Shown: piece after piece, positions 62,908-64,000 of the stretch
Layout: each line of letters begins with the position of its first letter
Position numbering within the stretch: the stretch's first letter is position 1
Source of the DNA: Amoebidium appalachense
Taxonomy: Eukaryota; Protista; Ichthyosporea
Assembly: GCA_963693365.1 (NCBI GenBank)
Contig: CAVNZM010000005.1
Location: 4,220,667 to 4,284,666, forward strand
Direction: 5' to 3'
DNA length: 64,000 nucleotides
The notes under the pieces: model-generated
Told to the model about the DNA's origin: nothing
What the model saw: the letters and a program-made list of their open reading frames with translations, nothing else
Databases searched by the model: none
Position numbers and translations under genes: made by a program

Positions 62908-64000
62908 TTAATGCTTCTCTTTATTAAAAAGCAAAGTTTCCTTAAGCAATCCTTATTCTATTTCTTTTTTTATTATATGGAATTCCTCATTTATTTGTAT
63001 TCTTTTGTATTTGATTAATTTCCTCTTTCTTCATTCATTCTCACTTCTATTTACTATCTCATTCTTTCTCTTTTCTATTTTATTTTCTCTTCTTGATTTT
63101 CTCTTTCCTTATTTACTCTTTCTTTCTTCACTCTTTTTTATTTTACATCTTCTCTTAAGTTGAAATAATTTTTAATTTTATGAATTAGGATGAGATTCTT
63201 TATTACCTTATCCATTAGCTTATTATTTATTCATATTTCTTATTTTCTCTCTTAGCTAATTTTCTTCTTCTACTCATACTTACTTTTCCTAATTGAGTAG
63301 CAACTTCTTACGAAGCCAATTATTATTTTTATTAGCCTAGTAAAAGATGTTATAGTAGTACTATAGTTTATACTTAGTACAAAACTTCCTTTGATTGAAC
63401 AGAGGAGACATTGATCCATCTAGTGTATATAAATAGGAAATAAAGCTCTTAAATATCTTTTTCCTATAAAGTTATAATAATACTAGTTAGTATGTTTTAT
63501 AACGTCTAGAACAAATACTTTCGGTTATTCCCTTTTTTATATACACTAGATGGATGAATGTCTCCTCTGGTTAAACAGAAGAAGTTTTGTACTAAGTATA
63601 AACTATAGTACTATCTCTTACTAAGCGAGTAAGAAGTGGCTTCTCAGAATAGAAAGGTAAGTATGAGTAGAAGAAGAGAATTAGCTAAAAGATATGAATA
63701 AAGAATAAGCTAATGAGCAAGGTAATAAAGAATCTCATCCTAAGTGCATAAAATTATAAAATCTTATCTCAGGATTAAGAGAAGATGTAAAATAAGAAAG
63801 AGTAAATAAGGAAAGAGTAAATAAAGAAGAGAGAATAGAATAGAAAAGAGAATTAATAGCTAGTAAATAAAAGGGAGAATGAATGAAGAAAGAGGAAATT
63901 AATCATCTACTAAAAAATACAGATAAATGAGTAAATCCTGGAAATAAAAGAAGAAATACAATAAGGATAAGATTTAATAATTCAATTAAGAGAAACATTA
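62908..64000. repeat. AT-rich imperfect giant hairpin centred ~63486, continuing past the window end
   Basis: Complementary blocks include AGGAGACATTGATCCATCTAGTGTATATAAA / TTTATATACACTAGATGGATGAATGTCTCCT; TAGTACTATAGTTTATACTTAGTACAAAACTTC / GAAGTTTTGTACTAAGTATAAACTATAGTACTA; and TTAGGATGAGATTCTTTATTACCTT / AAGGTAATAAAGAATCTCATCCTAA. The tip is ATACTA-GT-TAGTAT. Confidence 0.92.

Larger units (their letters stand above)
53374..64000. mobile_element. Candidate endogenous virus-like or hairpin-bounded element (runs off window)
   Basis: Compact, mostly intron-less orphan genes, a virus-type T5orf172 gene, repeat arrays not seen elsewhere in the window, and large palindromes at both ends. Boundaries are inferred; no replication, integration or capsid gene seen. 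Confidence 0.55.

Overview
Eukaryotic genomic DNA, probably from a unicellular holozoan such as an ichthyosporean. That is inferred from an SH2 adaptor gene and the intron-rich genes, and is not proven. About 1-49.6 kb holds six intron-rich host genes whose introns are full of (CA)n and poly-G/C tracts: a 5'-truncated unknown gene (+), NDUFB9 (-), a VASt/Aster-like sterol-transfer membrane protein (+) whose last exons are tandemly duplicated, RABL3 (-), a Tyr/Pro-rich SH2 adaptor (+) and DPH5 (-). Most ORF-track entries in this part are microsatellite artefacts. From about 50 kb the character changes, with MITE-like hairpins and then a compact block of about 10.6 kb or more (53374 to beyond 64000). 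The block is bracketed by two nearly spacer-less palindromes: a 450-bp near-perfect GC-rich one carrying GNA-triloop mini-hairpins, and an imperfect AT-rich one of at least 1.1 kb. Between them are 33-bp repeat arrays, two divergent orphan genes (one acidic/RGG/GRP-repeat), a 2-TM protein, a frameshifted secreted Cys-rich protein, and a virus-type Bro-N/KilA-N-like + T5orf172 (GIY-YIG) gene with a decayed paralogue. This block is the best candidate for an undescribed hairpin-ended virus-like or episomal element. No polymerase, Rep, integrase or capsid gene is visible in the window. All gene models were spliced by eye, so exon boundaries are approximate.
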